From Octopus sinensis (taxonomy: Eukaryota), in the NCBI RefSeq assembly GCF_006345805.1, contig NC_043003.1, positions 64,170,001 through 64,234,000 of the forward strand: a stretch of DNA of 64,000 bases. The letters run 5' to 3'. Positions within the stretch are counted from its first letter, which is position 1, and the number at the start of each line of letters is the position of its first letter. This document shows, piece after piece, positions 13,320 through 26,938 of the stretch. The notes beneath the pieces are model-generated. The model saw only the letters and a list, made by a program, of their open reading frames with translations, searched no databases and was not told the origin of the DNA. The position numbers and the translations under genes were made by a program.

Positions 13320-13528
13320 CAGGGTGGCCCAAAAGTAGGTTTACAGTTATCACATAGGCACTTTAAATTTATTTAAAACATTTTATTATATTTAAATTTC
13401 TATCTTACAATTAACTAAATTAGCAGAGAATAATGATTTCATATTTTTTTATAATTAAGATCTAAACTGTTAATATATGAATGCAAAAACGATAGCTGAA
13501 TAACTAAACCTACTTTTGGGCCACCCTA
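13320..13528. mobile_element. Tc1/mariner-type MITE
   Basis: TA|CAGGGTGGCCCAAAAGTAGGTTTA ... TAAACCTACTTTTGGGCCACCCTA|TA; 24-bp TIR with one terminal mismatch. Confidence 0.85.
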
Positions 13529-14724
13529 TATATGTATTTATTAATATTTAGCAGAAGCAACAGAGTGACTCAAGGGCCAAGAGTCTCATGCATTGTCACT
13601 TATATAAGTGTCTATATATACATGATCTGATCTATAAGTATCAAGACTATTGCTATAGTAACAATGTTAAAGCATGGAGAGTAAAACCACTTGGCAGAGA
13701 CTTACCTTGAACTCTGCTGTGCATGTACATTAAGTTTTAATGTTCTAGCTCACATCTGCTGATTACAGCAGTGCTTGGAAGGAAGGTGTGTAGCATATGA
13801 TCATCACACTGACCATGACAGAGAAAGTTGAGTAGAGAATCTGCATCAAATTTTGTATATGTATGTATGTATGTATATATATATATCATCATTGTTTAAC
13901 ATCTGCATTCCATGTTGGCATGGGTTAGATGGTTTGATAGGAGCTGACCAGGCAGAAGACTGCACCAGACTTCTGTGTCTGTTTTGGTTTTTATGGTTAG
14001 ATACCCTTCCTAACACCAACCACTCCATAGAGTAGACTCTTTGAGTGTGTGTGTGTGTGTAAGATGGTCTACAGCACAGTTTTAGTCTACCAAGATCCAC
14101 TCATAATGTATTGATCCAATCAATGAATGGCAGAAAATATTTACCTATGGTGCCATGCAGTTCAATCAAACTCAGGGACATGTGGTTGCAAAGCAAACCC
14201 CTTAACCATCTAGCCATGCCTACACCATAAAGGGCCTACCTTATATCACAGCTGGTAGTTTTTATATGAAGTTGTATTAGTGAAACTAACCAATAGTATT
14301 TACTTTAGTTTTGATAGGTTGTAAATATACTTAACTGGAGTAATTTGCTCAGTTGATGGTACCAGCTGGTAGTGTTTAGATTAGTTCTGTCAGCTCTTTA
14401 GCAGAACCCCTTTACTTAAATGACAACCTCTTCATCAAAGTGTGTGTGGGTGTACGCATGTACATGCACATGTGTGTGTTTCTTTTGTTCTGTTCTCTTT
14501 ATATCTAAACTATTCTTTAAGGAATACCCTTTACTATTTTCAGCAGATGCAGATGTAGACAACTGAAATCAGCTTTTGTTTTCATACCTTTAGTAGCAGC
14601 TACAGAATAGCTTCACTATTAATAGTTGTCTTTCACTTGGGACTCTTACATGTTGACTACTATTAAAGTAAAAGAAAATTATCTTGTATTATAAGTATTA
14701 TCATCATCATGATCATCATCATCA

Positions 14725-14776
<52 letters not shown>

Positions 14777-16451
14777 CATCATCATTATCATCATTTCATT
14801 TAAGTACAACAGATTAGACTGTTGGAAAAGAAATTCCTAGCATTGGGCTATAAGAAGTAACCTTAGATGCCAAGAGCCTTCCTTTGTATCCTAACTGTCC
14901 CTAATAACACTGTTTTCTAGAGCTGCACTAGACTAGGTTTTATGCCTCTTTCCTCTATCCATCCATCATCATCATCATTTACTACTGTTACTACTGCTGC
15001 TGCTGCTGTTGTTGTTGTTCTTGTTCAGTGCACTATAGTGATAAGCCTTTATCATTTACATTAACTTATCCTATTCTCAAGCCACAATGGCAGCCCCTGT
15101 GTCTCTTCCTTAATCTCTTGCTCAATAGATTTGATAATGTGTTCTTTGTTCATAAAGTAAGATTGTCATTTATTTATCTTTGCTACCTACTTGTGCTTTT
15201 TCGGAATTCAAACAAATTAATTATCTTATAGAGCAAGATAAAAAGGATAAGGCTGAGAGGAAGGAAGGAACAATGCCAGGAGTCTTTGTGTTTGTTTTAA
15301 CTGTAAAAGATAGGATGGGAGTAGAAGTTCTTTTTAATGTTTTTATGAGAGGATGAGAAGGTGTGAAATATTTTGTGTTTATAAAATGAAGAGCGATAGT
15401 ACACTAAGATGTCATTAGAGAGTATTATGTCTTTTCTACTCTAAGCACAAAGCCCGAAATTTTGGGGGAAGGGACCAGTCAATTAGATCGACTCCAGTAC
15501 GCAGCTGGTACTTAATTTATCAACCCTGAAAGGCAAAGTTGATCGCGGTCGAATTTGAACTCAGAATGTGAGGACAAAATACTGCTAGGCATTTCGCTTA
15601 GCATGCTAACATTTCTTATTTCTCTATTGCCCACAAGGGGCTAAACATAAAGGGGACAAACAAGAACAGACAAAGGGATTAAGTCAATTAAATCGACTCC
15701 AGTGCATAACTGGTGCTTAATTTATCGACCCTGAAAGGATGAAAGGCAAAGTCGACCTTGATGGAATTTGAACTCAGAACATAACAGCAGACAAAATACT
15801 GCTAAGCATTTCACCCAGCATGCTAACGATTCTGCTAGCTTGCCACCATAAAGGATGAATAGCAATGTTGACCTCTGTGGAATTTGAACTCTAAATGTAG
15901 CGACGAGTGAAATACTGCGAAGTATTTCATCCAGCATGCTAACAATTCTGTCAGCTCGCTGCCTTAGGGAGTATTATGTCTGAGACAACACTGGGGGTAC
16001 TTGGCTTTACTGATAGTGAAAAGAAAAGGGCTTGGAAGTGACTGTGTTGGTGTTTGTTGAATGAGGAGTGTGAATGAAGAACATGTTGAGAGCCTGTCTG
16101 TTGTGAAGACAACAGAAACCCAGGTAAAAAAAAAAATCAATTTTAGTATAGTTGGTGATGAAATTAAAGGATGATAGTTGAGGATGATGCAAGCTTGTTC
16201 AGAAAGTTTTTTGAGATACTGAAAATATCAGAATATAAAGGTGCAACGGTGAGGTTGTGTGGTGAGAAATTTGCCTTCCAGCCACATGGCTCTGGGTTCA
16301 ATCCCAGTGTAGCACCTTGGGCAAGTGTCTTCTTGAGGGTGGATTTGGTATATGGAAGTTGAAAGAAGCCTGTCATGTATATATGTATGTGTGTATAATG
16401 TGAATGAATATATGTGTTTGTGTGTGTGTATGTGTATAATGTGTATGTGTG

Positions 16452-16489
<38 letters not shown>

Positions 16490-18170
16490 ATAGTCGTTTA
16501 ATGTTCACTTTCCATGCTGGTATGGGTTGGACGGTTTGACTGAGGGTTGGCAAGCCAGAAGGCTGCACCAGGCTCCAATCTGATCTGGATGCCCTTCCTA
16601 ACACCAACCACTCCAAGAATGTAGTGGGTGCTTTTACGTACCACCTGCACGAAGACTAGTCAGGCAGTACTAGCAACAACCATGCTTCAATGGTGTCTTT
16701 TACATGCCATCGGCACGGGAGCCAGTCAGCAGCCCTGGCAACGATCACACTCAAATGGTGCTTTAAACGTTCCACTGGCACGGGTGCCAATCAGGCGGTA
16801 GTTATCGGCCCCGACAATGATTTCACTTGCCTCAACGGGTCTTCACAAGCGTAGTTTATTGTCCAATGATTGAAGGGTACTCTTAAATGGGCTGGTTATA
16901 CAGCACTGGTATAGGCCACTGTTATGGTCTTACTTGGCTTGCTGGGTCTTTTCAAGCACAGAATATCTCCAAAGGTCTCAGTCACTTGTCATTGCCTCAG
17001 TGAGGCCCAATGTTTATGAATATATATGTGTGTGTGTGTGCATGTGTGAGTATGTGTGTATGTGTGAGTGTAAGTATGTGTATGCTTATCGTGGCATCAC
17101 ATAATTGTTGTACACTTCCAGTATTTAGTGAAACCATATCTGGCCTTGAGGAAATATCACCTTACTCAGAAACAGGTGGTAAGTGTTGACAACAGGAGTG
17201 TACACAGCTGTAGAAAAATCTGCGTCAAATAGATTTTGTCCAACCCATGCAAACATGGAAATGTAGACCAGTGAATGACGAAGACAACAAAGATGATGAT
17301 GACAATATGATAATGTGATGATGATGATGATAATGATGACAATGCTGACAACAAAGATGATGCTCCTTACTGAACCAGCCTATGAGCTTCTTACTCTCTC
17401 TCACCCTGCTCCCCGCCTGCCAGTTTTAGGGACCCGATAAGATCATGGGGATTTCTTTTCCTTCTTGTTGACTATTCATTTTTAATCAAACTTCAGCAAT
17501 TTATTCTGAATGGATTTTGGACCTGCTATTTCTTTTAAATGCATAAAATGTTCATTAAAGATGTAATTACCATGTGCTTCAATTAGCACACATCTTCAAA
17601 GTTAGCTAATTAAAACTTGATATGGCTATGTAGGAACAACAGAAATATATTGATAACATAAAAAGTAAATTTTGTAAAAGTAATTTGTAGGTAGAATTTT
17701 GCTTTTCTGTTATGTTACCCAAATTAGACTTTACATAACTGTAATAAATTAATTAGTAATTAGAATAGCATGCTCATTATCAGCTTTGCTGTTCTGGTGA
17801 AGCAGGCATGGCTGTGTGGTTAAGAAGCTTCCTTCCCAACCACATGATTCTGGGTTCAGTCCCGCTGCACGGCACCTTGGGCAAGTGTTTTCTACTAAAA
17901 CCCTAAGCTGGAAATGGTAGATGGAAACTGATAAAAACGTGTGTGTGTGTGTGTAAGGATAATTTCTTAAGTATGTGTCACAACGGTATCTGATTCTATT
18001 GAGTGGATCAACAACATTACGATGATGTGGGATTGTATTGAGTCCTGAACATGAAACAGGATTTTCTTTATCATTCGTTCCTCTCTTTTAATGAATGTGA
18101 GAAATTCACTGAGGATCATTTTTGCGATCATTCTTAAAGAGGGACTCTATACTTTGTGAGTGTGTGTGTG

Positions 18171-18232
<62 letters not shown>

Positions 18233-18301
18233 ACCGCGTGTGTACCATTGGCGATTTTTTTTTCCTCTGTCTTCCCTTCTCTGGATCTTTCCTTCTCCTA
18301 T

Positions 18302-18336
18302 GTTTCCGACGAAGAGCTCTGCTCGAAACGTTAAAC
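18302..18336 (+). ncRNA. Minimal type I hammerhead-ribozyme-like motif, copy 1 (Penelope-like tail)
   Basis: GTTT-CCGACGA-A-GAGC-TCT-GCTC-GAAA-CG-TT-AAAC: stem I GUUU/AAAC, core C(U>C)GACGA, stem II GAGC/GCUC, GAAA, self-complementary ACGU stem III, GUU cleavage triplet. Confidence 0.55.
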
Positions 18337-18523
18337 CCTCCTTCTTTCCTGAGCATCCAATATTACTATATTTGTTCCATGTCCTCGCGTTGTTGTGTTT
18401 TTTTTGTGCTTTCATGTTTGGATTAACTTTGTATATATATATAATGGATTTTATATATATATGTGTGTGTGTGTGTATATATAATGGATTTTATTTATGT
18501 GTGTGTGTGTATATATATATTAT

Positions 18524-18557
<34 letters not shown>

Positions 18558-18644
18558 ATGTGTGTGTGTGTGTGACCGCGTGTGTACCATTGGCGATTTT
18601 TTTTTTCCTCTGTCTTCCCTTCTCTGGATCTTTCCTTCTCCTAT

Positions 18645-18679
18645 GTTTCCGACGAAGAGCTCTGCTCGAAACGTTAAAC
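18645..18679 (+). ncRNA. Minimal type I hammerhead-ribozyme-like motif, copy 2
   Basis: Identical to copy 1, 343 bp downstream. Confidence 0.55.
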
Positions 18680-18840
18680 CCTCCTTCTTTCCTGAGCATC
18701 CAATATTACTATATTTGTTCCATGTCCTCGCGTTGTTGTGTTTTTTTTGTGCTTTCATGTTTGGATTAACTTTGTATATATATATAATGGATTTTATATA
18801 TATATGTGTGTGTGTGTGTATATATAATGGATTTTATTTA

Positions 18841-18886
<46 letters not shown>

Positions 18887-18969
18887 TTTTCCAAAATGTA
18901 ACTACATGTAGACTGTTGGTGATTTTTTTCCTCCATCTTCTCTTTCTTTTGGACTTTCTTCTGTCTCCT

Positions 18970-19004
18970 GTTTCTGATGAAGAGCTTTGCTCGAAATGTA
19001 ATAT
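18970..19004 (+). ncRNA. Hammerhead-like motif, copy 3 (canonical CUGAUGA core, decayed stems I and III)
   Basis: GTTT-CTGATGA-A-GAGC-TTT-GCTC-GAAA-TG-TA-ATAT; 325 bp after copy 2, in a homologous but diverged unit. Confidence 0.45.
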
Positions 19005-19303
19005 ACCCTTTCTTTCCTTCTTTGAGAGTCTTATTAATACTTTGCACATATCACATCCTACCATTGTTGTTTTCTTCTTGTCATTTTCTCCGCTTTTTTG
19101 ATTAACTTTATGTGTGTGTGTGCATGTGCATGCACACAATTACATACACACATGATAAACATGTCTATATATTCTGAGTGTACACCCTGATGATTTTCCA
19201 TCCAACGTATCCAAAATGCTAAATTATATTACATCATATGTAAGCAAACATAAATTTGTTTTTGAAGCGTTGACATGTATTATAGAACAAGTAGAAGGAT
19301 ATC

Positions 19304-19530
19304 GGCGAGCTGGTAGAAAAGTTAGCACGCCGGGCGAAATGCGTAGCCGTATTTCATCTGTCGTTACGTTGTGAGTTCAAATTCTGCCGAGGTCGAGTTT
19401 GCCTTTCATCCTTTCGGGGTCAATAAATAAAGTACCATTTATGCACTGGGGTCGATGTAATCGACTTAATCCATTTGTCTGTCCTTGTTTGTCCCCTCTA
19501 TGTTTAACCCCTTGTGGGCAATAAAGAAAT
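19304..19530 (+). mobile_element. SINE family B monomer (similar copy at 40335-40560)
   Basis: GGCGAGCTGG.AGAAA.GTTAGCACGCCGGGC...GAGTTCAAATTC.GCCGAGGTCGA.TTTGCCTTTCATCCTTTCGGGGTC.ATAAA..AAGTACC...GCCCCTTGTGGG.AATAAAGAAAT. The central block resembles the Deu/Nin SINE domain (recalled, unverified). Confidence 0.9.
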
Positions 19531-20417
19531 ATATATTTTTCAACGTGTAAATACTGATAGAACAGTATATATAGGATAAAATCCTGTATATGCTTTTCCA
19601 TTAGTATTTACGCATTGAAAAATATATTCTTCTACTTGTGCTAAATTATAATTTTATATATGTTTTGTGATTTTAATTTTGTTTGTGAAATGAAACAATT
19701 GTAGGTGAATATGTTAATTAATTAATTAATTTGGATCCATTGGATCTCTCTGTTTTCTAACTCGATAATAATATTTGATATTTTACGATATCATATATAA
19801 TATATTCACTGAAGAAATATCTCTTCAAAATAGAATATATTAAACCAGTGTATCTTGGATAAAATATCCCTACGAGAGGTTTAAATATTCTCATTGTGAC
19901 TATGTATATATATATATCATCATCATTCTCATCATCATCATCATCATCATTTAACATCCGCTTTCCAAGCTAGCATGGGTTGGACAATTTGACTGAGGAC
20001 TGGCAAACCAGATGGCTGCACCAGACTCCAATCTGATCTGGCAGAGTTTCTACAGCTGGATGCCCTTCTAACGCCAACCACTCCGAGAGTGTAGTGGGTG
20101 CTTTTACGTGCCACCAGCGTGAGGGCTAGTCAGGCAGTACTGGCAACGGCCACACTCAAATGGTGTTTTTTTACATACCACCTGCACAGGAGCCAGTCCA
20201 ATGGCACTGGCAACAACCTTGCTCGAATGTTTTTTCATAAGTGCCAGTAAGGCAACACTGGTAGCGATCACGTTCGAATGGTGCTTTTTACCATTCGAGC
20301 ATGATCGTTATCAGTTTCACCATACTGGCACTTGTGCTGGTGGCGCACATATATATATATAAATATATATATATACATACACACATACCTATATATACAT
20401 ATATATATATATATATA

Positions 20418-20450
<33 letters not shown>

Positions 20451-21734
20451 TACATATGTATATGTGTGTGCATGCATTTGTGGTGGTTGTAGTAATGGTG
20501 GTGTCAGTGGTGAAAATGATGTGTCATTGTGTCTGTGTTTGTCTCCAACCACTGCTTGACAACCAGTAATGGTATGTTTTTGTGCCCATAATGTAACAGC
20601 TCAGCAAAAGATTGATAGAATAAAGACCAGCTTTAAAAAAAAAAAATTAGTATTGGTGTCGATTCATTCAACTAGAAATTCTTCAAAGCATGACCCCAGC
20701 ATGACAGAATGGCCCCTAAGGACAGTAAGAAGAAAATGAAAATGATAAATGATATACTAAATCTGAAAATAAGATGGGATGGTTATTGCTGAAATATCAT
20801 TGATTATGGATCATTTCAACCAAGAGCTAACCTAGGGTTACACAACCACAACCACAATAACCTATATATTATACATGTAACCTATAGCTCAGTGGCTAGT
20901 GTGTCAAGCTCACAATCAGGAGGTAGTGAGTTCGATTCCTGGACTGGGCTGTGTGTTGTGTTCTTGAGCAAGACGCTTCATTTCATGTTGCTCCAGTTTA
21001 GTCAACTGTAGAAATGATTTGCGATGTCACTGGTGCCAAGCTGTATTGGCTTTACCTTTCCCTTGGATAATGTCGGTGGCATGGAGAGGAGAGGCTGATA
21101 TGAATGGGTGTCTGCTGGTCTTCCATAAACAATCTTGCCCAGACTTATGCTTCAAAGGAGAACTTTCTGGGTGCAAGCCTATGGTCATTCATGACCAAAG
21201 GGAGTCTTTACCCTTTTTTAACCTGTGTGTTATAAAACTCACTGAACAACACGTGTGAATATAAATCGTTACTATTATGCAAAAGTGTCATTTCACCATT
21301 CCATAGCAAAACCATTGTACTACACTTTGACAATATTTGATATCTTGGCATCTGAAGCAGCTAGAGATATGATAGTTTGACAAAAAGAACTGGCTATTGC
21401 AAGTAAAAATAAATATTGAAAAAAATGCATTTGGCCACATTTGGACATACAACAGTTTAACATAAAAGGAACGATATATTTTTCTTTCAATAAATTTTCT
21501 TTTGATGGTAGTATTTGGTAGCCAGTAGGAAGAGAGAGAAGGGTGGACCAAAACAACTTTGAAGAAACAGAAGATTAAAATAATACCGATTCCATTTGAG
21601 GTTCCCTTAAATGATAAAACAAACTGTTTTTCCATGTAATAAAGCAGCAAAACAAGAATTGATATCTTGAAAGAAAACAAGCCGAATCAAAGAGTCAAAT
21701 AGAAATATCAGCTGGATTTTGTAAGGGATACGAA

Positions 21735-21804
21735 TAGCAACAACAACAACAACAACAACAATAATAATAATAATAACAGCAGCAACAATGATTAAAAGAG
21801 TGAT

Positions 21805-21845
<41 letters not shown>

Positions 21846-22018
21846 TGATGATGATGATGATAATAATAACAGAAGCAACATTAATAATGATTATAAGTAT
21901 GACGATGAAAGTGTGATGATGTTAATAATAAAAGTAATGATAATAATAACAGCAACAACAATAACGATTATAAGAGTGACGATAAAAGTGATAATGTTGT
22001 TAATAATAATTATAATAC

Positions 22019-22078
<60 letters not shown>

Positions 22079-22300
22079 TTAACAATAATAATATAAATAA
22101 TAAAAACAATAAGAATAACTAAAGTAATAACAAGAATAACTACAATAATAATAGTAATAATGATGATGATGATGATAACTATGATAATAACAGTAGCAAT
22201 AATAATAATAATAAGAAGAAGAAGAAGAAGAAAGAGTAATAATAATAGTAATAGTAATAATAATGATAATAATAATAACATTAACAACAACAATATGGGA
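21735..22300. repeat. Compound (AAC)/(AAT)/(GAT)/(AGT)/(AAG) trinucleotide tract
   Basis: Direct reading. Confidence 0.9.
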
Positions 22301-22893
22301 TAGTGATTACAAAACCAAACCAAGAAGTGTTGATGTTAAGATAAATAGGCAAAGGGATGATGCAAACTAGCATCATCTGCAAAAGACAGATGCTGAGTCG
22401 TTTCTTTAACTGTCATCAGATGTGAGGTAGACTGAAGTAATTCTGTTCCAGTACGCTAACTTCTTCCAGTCAAACTGAACTACTAGTTAAGTAGAGAAGC
22501 CGGCGGTAAGCAGGACTCCATATCCAATGTTGATAGACAGAAAGACTTTTCTATGTAATGAAGAAAGTAAACCAAGCAAACAATAGTCTCTGTGGAAAAA
22601 TCTGTTAAATATATTACAGGGTTGCGGCTGTACAATTCATTCATATTTCCATGCTGCAAAAGCAATTTAAAAGTGTTAGCTTCTTCTGTACATGTGTGTG
22701 TGAGAGAGAGAGAGAGAGGGGGGGAGTGTGTGTATGATCCTGGTTATGGATGTACATGGGGTGGAAGTCTTGATAGGTGTGTGTCTGAGTCTATTCATAA
22801 AATAAAGTGAAATGTTCGGGAGTATATAAATGCCCCAACCCAACACAAGTTATATATATACACATACACATGTATATACAAATAAACACACAT

Positions 22894-22933
<40 letters not shown>

Positions 22934-24782
22934 TATGTATATATAAATACACACACACATTATTATATATATCTATATATATATACAAAGTGTGTAGGCG
23001 AATGCAAAATAAGCATGGTGTGGGTATCCACAGAATAGTGTTCAGACAGATGAGAACTTAAAACAAACCCCCAACACCGAGGTGCCAGTGTCTTCAGTGT
23101 CAACATTTAGCTAAAAGAATGATCCTCATTGAGTTGTTATGAAAGTAGAAAGGGGCTTAAAGTGGGCTTAAAGCATATATTTACACAGAATACAAATTAC
23201 AAATTATGGATTATAAAATCAAAGTAAATGAAAAGAGTTATGTAATAGTCTTATCATGACAGCTGTTTCAGAGCACCAAGGCTTATGTTGTTTCCATGTT
23301 TGTGTATGATAAAGCCCCATGATGTTGGAGTATATAATAACGTGTATATAAATATCAACAAACTAACATTTGTTTTTTAAGTGTCGAAATATGTATTAAA
23401 TTATACAAATTGGATATTTTTTCCAAATGCGTTCAAAAAAAAGTCATCGACTCTGTATCATATAATAACAACAGTTGTTCTGGATCATTTAGGTAAAACC
23501 AGGTTACTCTGATTGGAAGAAAATGGCAATTGTGCATTTCATATCACTGTTTTTGATAAAGGTGACCAAACCTCTAATTATTTTACATCATGTACTAAGT
23601 ACGACCAGTACTAGTGAGGTCACTTTGCAGCTTGTAAGTCTATGAACCCCAAGGGTACAGCTTAACACTAGGAGATAAGGGGTTATTGTATGAGGAAAGG
23701 GGACAGAGCAGAACAGGTTTCCTACTGTAAGGGAGCTACGTAATTACTCACATTTTAGAAGGAAGGGTGGGAGTGATCAGGTGAAGATGGAAAGGGATAA
23801 TAATGATAATGGTGAGGAGTCATCTGAGTGGTCCCTCAAGGTATGTGTGCAGAAGTGAGTGAGGACAGAGGAAGTAGGTTTCTAGATGGGTGGATGTTGC
23901 AAGAATATATGGGAAGCGAGAGAGAGGAGGTAGGCAACAACTGTAAAGATTGGGAAGGTTGAAAGGTCAATGTGGTGGATGGGGATGATCAATGATGCCT
24001 GAGTTTGGAGAGAAAGGGGAAAATGGGAAATCATTGACAATGCAGAAAAAAATTATGTGGGGAGCAGCAGAATGGTAACAATGAAGCAATGATTAGGAGA
24101 AGGATGTGAGGGAGACGACATATGGTTAGGTTGGTTTCAGGCATGTGGAGAGGGAAGAAAAGAAAGAGAAAGGCAGGGATGGTGCATGAGAAGAGCAAAA
24201 GACAAATGGTGGCAGAGAAGGAGAGGTAATTTGGTGAGGGAGTGCTCAATGCAAAATGTTGGTGGAGATACAAATATATAATACATACTTTATGTAATAT
24301 TATACACTTAAAATATACCATCATCATCATTATCATTCTTTAAAGTCCATTTTCCATGCTGGCATGGGTTGGACAGTTTGACAAGAGCTACCAAGTTGGG
24401 AAGCTGCACCAGGTTCCGGTTTGATTTGGCTTTGTTCCTACAGCTGGATGCCCTTCCTAATGCCAACCACTTTACAGAGTGTGCTGGGTGTTTTTAATGT
24501 GGCACTGGTGCCAGCTTTAAAACACCAGTATGAGCCCTTTTTATATGGCACCAGCACACTTAAAATATGTACATATATATATATATATTTATACACAAAA
24601 TTTAGAGGAATGACCATTAAAGTGGACACCCTATATGCTAAACATAGACATCAAATCACCATTACCACGAAGAATGGTCATTCCTCTAAATTTTGTATGT
24701 ATCACAATTTTTAATCTTCGGATTTTTTAAATATGCTAAGCCACTGGTTTTAATTGATTAACATCAATTTTTACCCTTATTA

Positions 24783-24826
<44 letters not shown>

Positions 24827-24832
24827 TATATA

Positions 24833-24952
24833 TCACGTGATCACGTGACTGACCAGGCTATCAGATGTTGCTACACATCGCTGGTCACAATACGCTTTGC
24901 ATTGTTTTAGCCTTCAAATGATGCCACACTGCTGGCTAAGTGAGCAGGCCAA
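24833..24952. repeat. Short element embedded in (TA)n, ending in the 16-bp perfect palindrome TCACGTGATCACGTGA
   Basis: Palindrome at 24833-24848; (TA)n on both sides. Single copy in the window. Confidence 0.5.
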
Positions 24953-26104
24953 TATATATATATTAGGGAGAGAGAGAGAGAGAGTGACAGACAGACAGAT
25001 ATAGAGAGACAGACAGAGATAGATAGATAGGTAATTATCATTTAATACCCATTTTCCATGCTGGAATGGATTGGACAGTTTGGCAATATCCAATGTGCTG
25101 AATGAAATATATCTCTATGTAATGCATACATATAATTCTATACATATTACATATGATATACACATATATGCATGTATGTATGAACACACATTTCATGAAA
25201 CATAAAACATAATGAAGCCACAAAAACAATACTTTTTTATTCCTGCATCAAATAACGATAATTAAAATGATCTGATGCTGGCCTCTTATCCTCTGATGTT
25301 TTGGATTCATTACATTAAAACCGCTTTCAATTCCTCCTGCCTCCACTGATAAACAGTCGATCATGATACTCGAGGCATGATATATCTTATTCCACGACAC
25401 CTAATCAACCAGGTTAAAGATCAAAACATCAATTTCAAGCCTTGTATAACAATTGCATTCTGAAATCAATTAATGATGCATAAGTTTATCTAATTTGTCC
25501 TGACTTGTGTTGTTAGTCCCTGCAGAATCTAATTATTCTTAACAGAATATCCGGATCAGCTTAATTAGTTGGAGATTCATAATTACTATTTCTGCTCAAA
25601 GATATTTACATGATGAGAATAGTAAGAGCTGGCTGTCAAGCATTTCCACATCTGTCAATTTCTGTAAATGATAAATAGTTTCTCTTATTCTGGTTTCCTC
25701 TGATCAGCGAATTATTTCCATAATTTTATCAACATGTTTTGTTTCGTAAGCTAGTATTGTTGATCGGCAAGAACTATGCAGGGGGAAGTTGAGAGAGAGA
25801 GAGACACACAAAGAGGATTTATGAGCTTGATGGCAAACAAAGGGTTTGGATCCCAATGCAAAAGGCTGACTAGATAAAATTAAATGAGCCATGAATAACG
25901 AGTGTGATGTTAGGTTAAACCTTGATGAAAATTTAGTTGAAGAAAGTAACTGGGGTCTCAAACAAAGGCCTAGGCAATGTGTGTGCAGAAGAGGTGGTTG
26001 TACTGATATGGACGGAGAATGCAATTGGGTGATAGATAATGTTGCACACGGGATTGAAAACGTGTTGTAAATTGATAGTGTGTATTTCTAAGTGCATGCG
26101 GTGA

Positions 26105-26168
26105 AGGTGAAAGTAGCAGCAGCAGCAGCAGCAGCAACAGTAGTAGTAGGTGTAATGGTGAATGTGAC

Positions 26169-26201
<33 letters not shown>

Positions 26202-26202
26202 G

Positions 26203-26238
<36 letters not shown>

Positions 26239-26360
26239 GTAATAGTAGTAGTAACAGTAGCTGCAGCAGCTGTAGTAGTAGTAGTATAGTAGTAGTAGTA
26301 GTATTAGTAACAGTAGCTGCAGCAGCTGTAGTAGTAGTAGTAGTAGTAGTACAGTAGTGT
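26105..26360. repeat. Compound (GCA)/(GTA)/(GTG) trinucleotide tract
   Basis: Direct reading. Confidence 0.9.
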
Positions 26361-26896
26361 AACCAGAGGCAAGGTGGGGGTCTGCAAAGCAACATTTTTG
26401 TGGGGTTAGCACTTTTTGATTTGTTGTATAAGCTTGCATAGACTGTATAGGTCCCAGGGTGGATGGACTCAGTGGGTTACCCCTTGCAGCACATGCTCCA
26501 GCTATGACACTGTACTAGTTAGTTAGTTAGTTAGTTAGTTAATTTGGCTCAAAAGCAAATAGCAAGGCCATGTAGTAGTAGTAGTAGTAGGAGGAGGAGG
26601 AGGAGGATTTTTCTTCTGTTGGTTTAGAGATGCTGACAGAAAGGGTGGAGTAATCCTTCCCCCAACGTTTTTAGATTTAGATCCATTCTTTTGTTCTAAG
26701 TTTGATGCTTCTGCATCTTACTTAATACCAGTCATATGAAGACAAGAGAAGGAAACAAAAATATTTGTGTTTAACCCCAGGTCATCCTTGCTCCACTTGA
26801 TGATCAAAATATAGTCAAGCCATGACCATTTCCTGTTTTCAGATACAGTGAAATAAGGACTATGTTAACCATAATGTTCTCCTTGTGTTTTAACAC

Positions 26897-26937
<41 letters not shown>

Positions 26938-26938
<1 letters not shown>

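Larger units (their letters stand above)
18215..19110 (+). repeat. Three-unit tandem array (about 343, 325 and ~230 bp) separated by (TA)n/(TG)n; units 1 and 2 near-identical, unit 3 diverged
   Basis: Duplicated ORFs in the track (18134-18415 vs 18495-18758). All units share the hammerhead-like core and end in GATTAACTTT followed by microsatellite. Confidence 0.85.

Noticed and set aside
25240-25700. Possible LINE ORF1 or transposase remnant on the minus strand (SAGTNN...DKLDKL)
   Set aside because: All frames contain multiple stops and the motif is too short to assign.
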